Under the pieces are notes generated by a model that did no database searches, was not told the origin of the DNA, and was given only the letters and a program-made list of their open reading frames with translations. Shown here piece after piece: positions 63,493 to 64,000 of a DNA stretch of 64,000 nt. The DNA is taken from contig DASCQF010000009.1 in the NCBI GenBank assembly GCA_036012905.1, positions 12,982-76,981 on the forward strand, given 5' to 3'. Position numbers and translations under genes: made by a program. Within the stretch, counting starts at the first letter, position 1. Each line of letters starts with the position of its first letter. The stretch comes from Vicinamibacterales bacterium (GTDB taxonomy: Bacteria > Acidobacteriota > Vicinamibacteria > Vicinamibacterales > UBA8438).

Positions 63493-64000
63493 TCAATCCA
63501 GCACGTCGAACAGATAGCTGTACTTCAGGATGACACTGCGTCCCGCGCCGGCGGGCAGAAAGTCTCCGAGCCCATCTGTCTCGTTGTAGACGAGAAACAG
63601 ACCGGTGTTGGCATCCTGCAGCCAGCCGAACCGGAAGTTCGCCGACCAGAGATCGGCGCTGTCGTTGTATTGGAGCAGGCTCTGGGCGAACAGCCGTGGC
63701 GAAAAGTTGTAGGCGATGCGTGTCGTCACCAGGTTCGTGATGGCAAAGCCATTTGGTAGGTCGATCTCGTTGCGGCTCCAGCTCAGATTGACGTTCAGCG
63801 CTTCGCCTCGGCGAAACCCGACCGAGGGCCCATACGTCAACAGGTCCCCGCCGAAAAAACCGCTCGCCAGAAACCGCACACCGGCCGTGACCGGCGCCGA
63901 GCCGTTCGTGTTGTAGTTGAGCGACACCTCGTGCCAGTCGTACGCGCCCGGCAACACGGGCACTCCCGAAACGCTGAACTGGTTGACCACCCCTTCCTTC
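63493..64000 (-). CDS. C-terminal part of a second DUF5916-type protein (runs off the window end)
   Basis: The C-terminus ...GAGRSVILKYSYLFDVLD and preceding blocks (LLQYNDSADLWSANFRFGWLQDANTGLFLVYNE) are collinear with the C-terminus of 35542-37797. Confidence 0.7.
   Translation of the reverse strand, partial: KEGVVNQFSVSGVPVLPGAYDWHEVSLNYNTNGSAPVTAGVRFLASGFFGGDLLTYGPSVGFRRGEALNVNLSWSRNEIDLPNGFAITNLVTTRIAYNFSPRLFAQSLLQYNDSADLWSANFRFGWLQDANTGLFLVYNETDGLGDFLPAGAGRSVILKYSYLFDVLD

Noticed and set aside
1-64000. I looked for rRNA, tRNA, CRISPR arrays, integrases, phage genes, toxin-antitoxin pairs and known defence-system genes.
   Set aside because: I saw no regularly spaced short repeats, cloverleaf-like segments or recognisable defence or phage protein motifs. 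The only mobile-element signature is the IS4-family element at 26.2-27.6 kb.

Overview
High-GC window, probably from an Acidobacteriota- or Gemmatimonadota-like genome (inferred from a PadR + ADOP-type duplicated permease pair, DUF5916/CBM9 proteins and expanded PQQ dehydrogenases). It has two very different halves separated by an IS4-family insertion sequence at about 26.2-27.6 kb. Part A (1-26.2 kb) is a tightly packed surface-glycan cluster, with every gene on the minus strand and many ATGA/4-nt overlaps. It is built around nonulosonic (sialic-acid-like) sugar chemistry. It holds two NeuB-like synthase domains, three cytidylyltransferase domains (two of them in unusual fusions), a WaaA/Kdo-transferase-like GT30, and GT4 and GT2 glycosyltransferases. 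It also holds two SDR epimerase/dehydratases, an AsnB-type amidotransferase, a deacetylase, an SGNH hydrolase, three SAM methyltransferases and two Wzx-like flippases (one broken by an in-frame TAG). Most unusually, it contains three radical-SAM enzymes: one B12-binding class B and two SPASM-type. The B12 radical-SAM gene is flanked by a diverged duplicate of the neuB 5' end, which looks like an insertion scar. Part B (27.6-64 kb) is an island of mostly signal-peptide-bearing enzymes with striking paralogy. It has four soluble PQQ-dependent dehydrogenases, three copies of an uncharacterised secreted protein family, two copies of a large His-motif protein and two DUF5916/CBM9 proteins. It also carries a cytochrome c, hydrolases, a ThuA-like protein, a bicupin, a cyclase-family protein, a signal-peptide-bearing HpcH-type aldolase and an orphan CheR. 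A 770-nt ORF-poor spacer sits between two of the paralogs. I found no rRNA, tRNA or CRISPR array. All functional calls come from motif and family recognition by eye; no database search was run.
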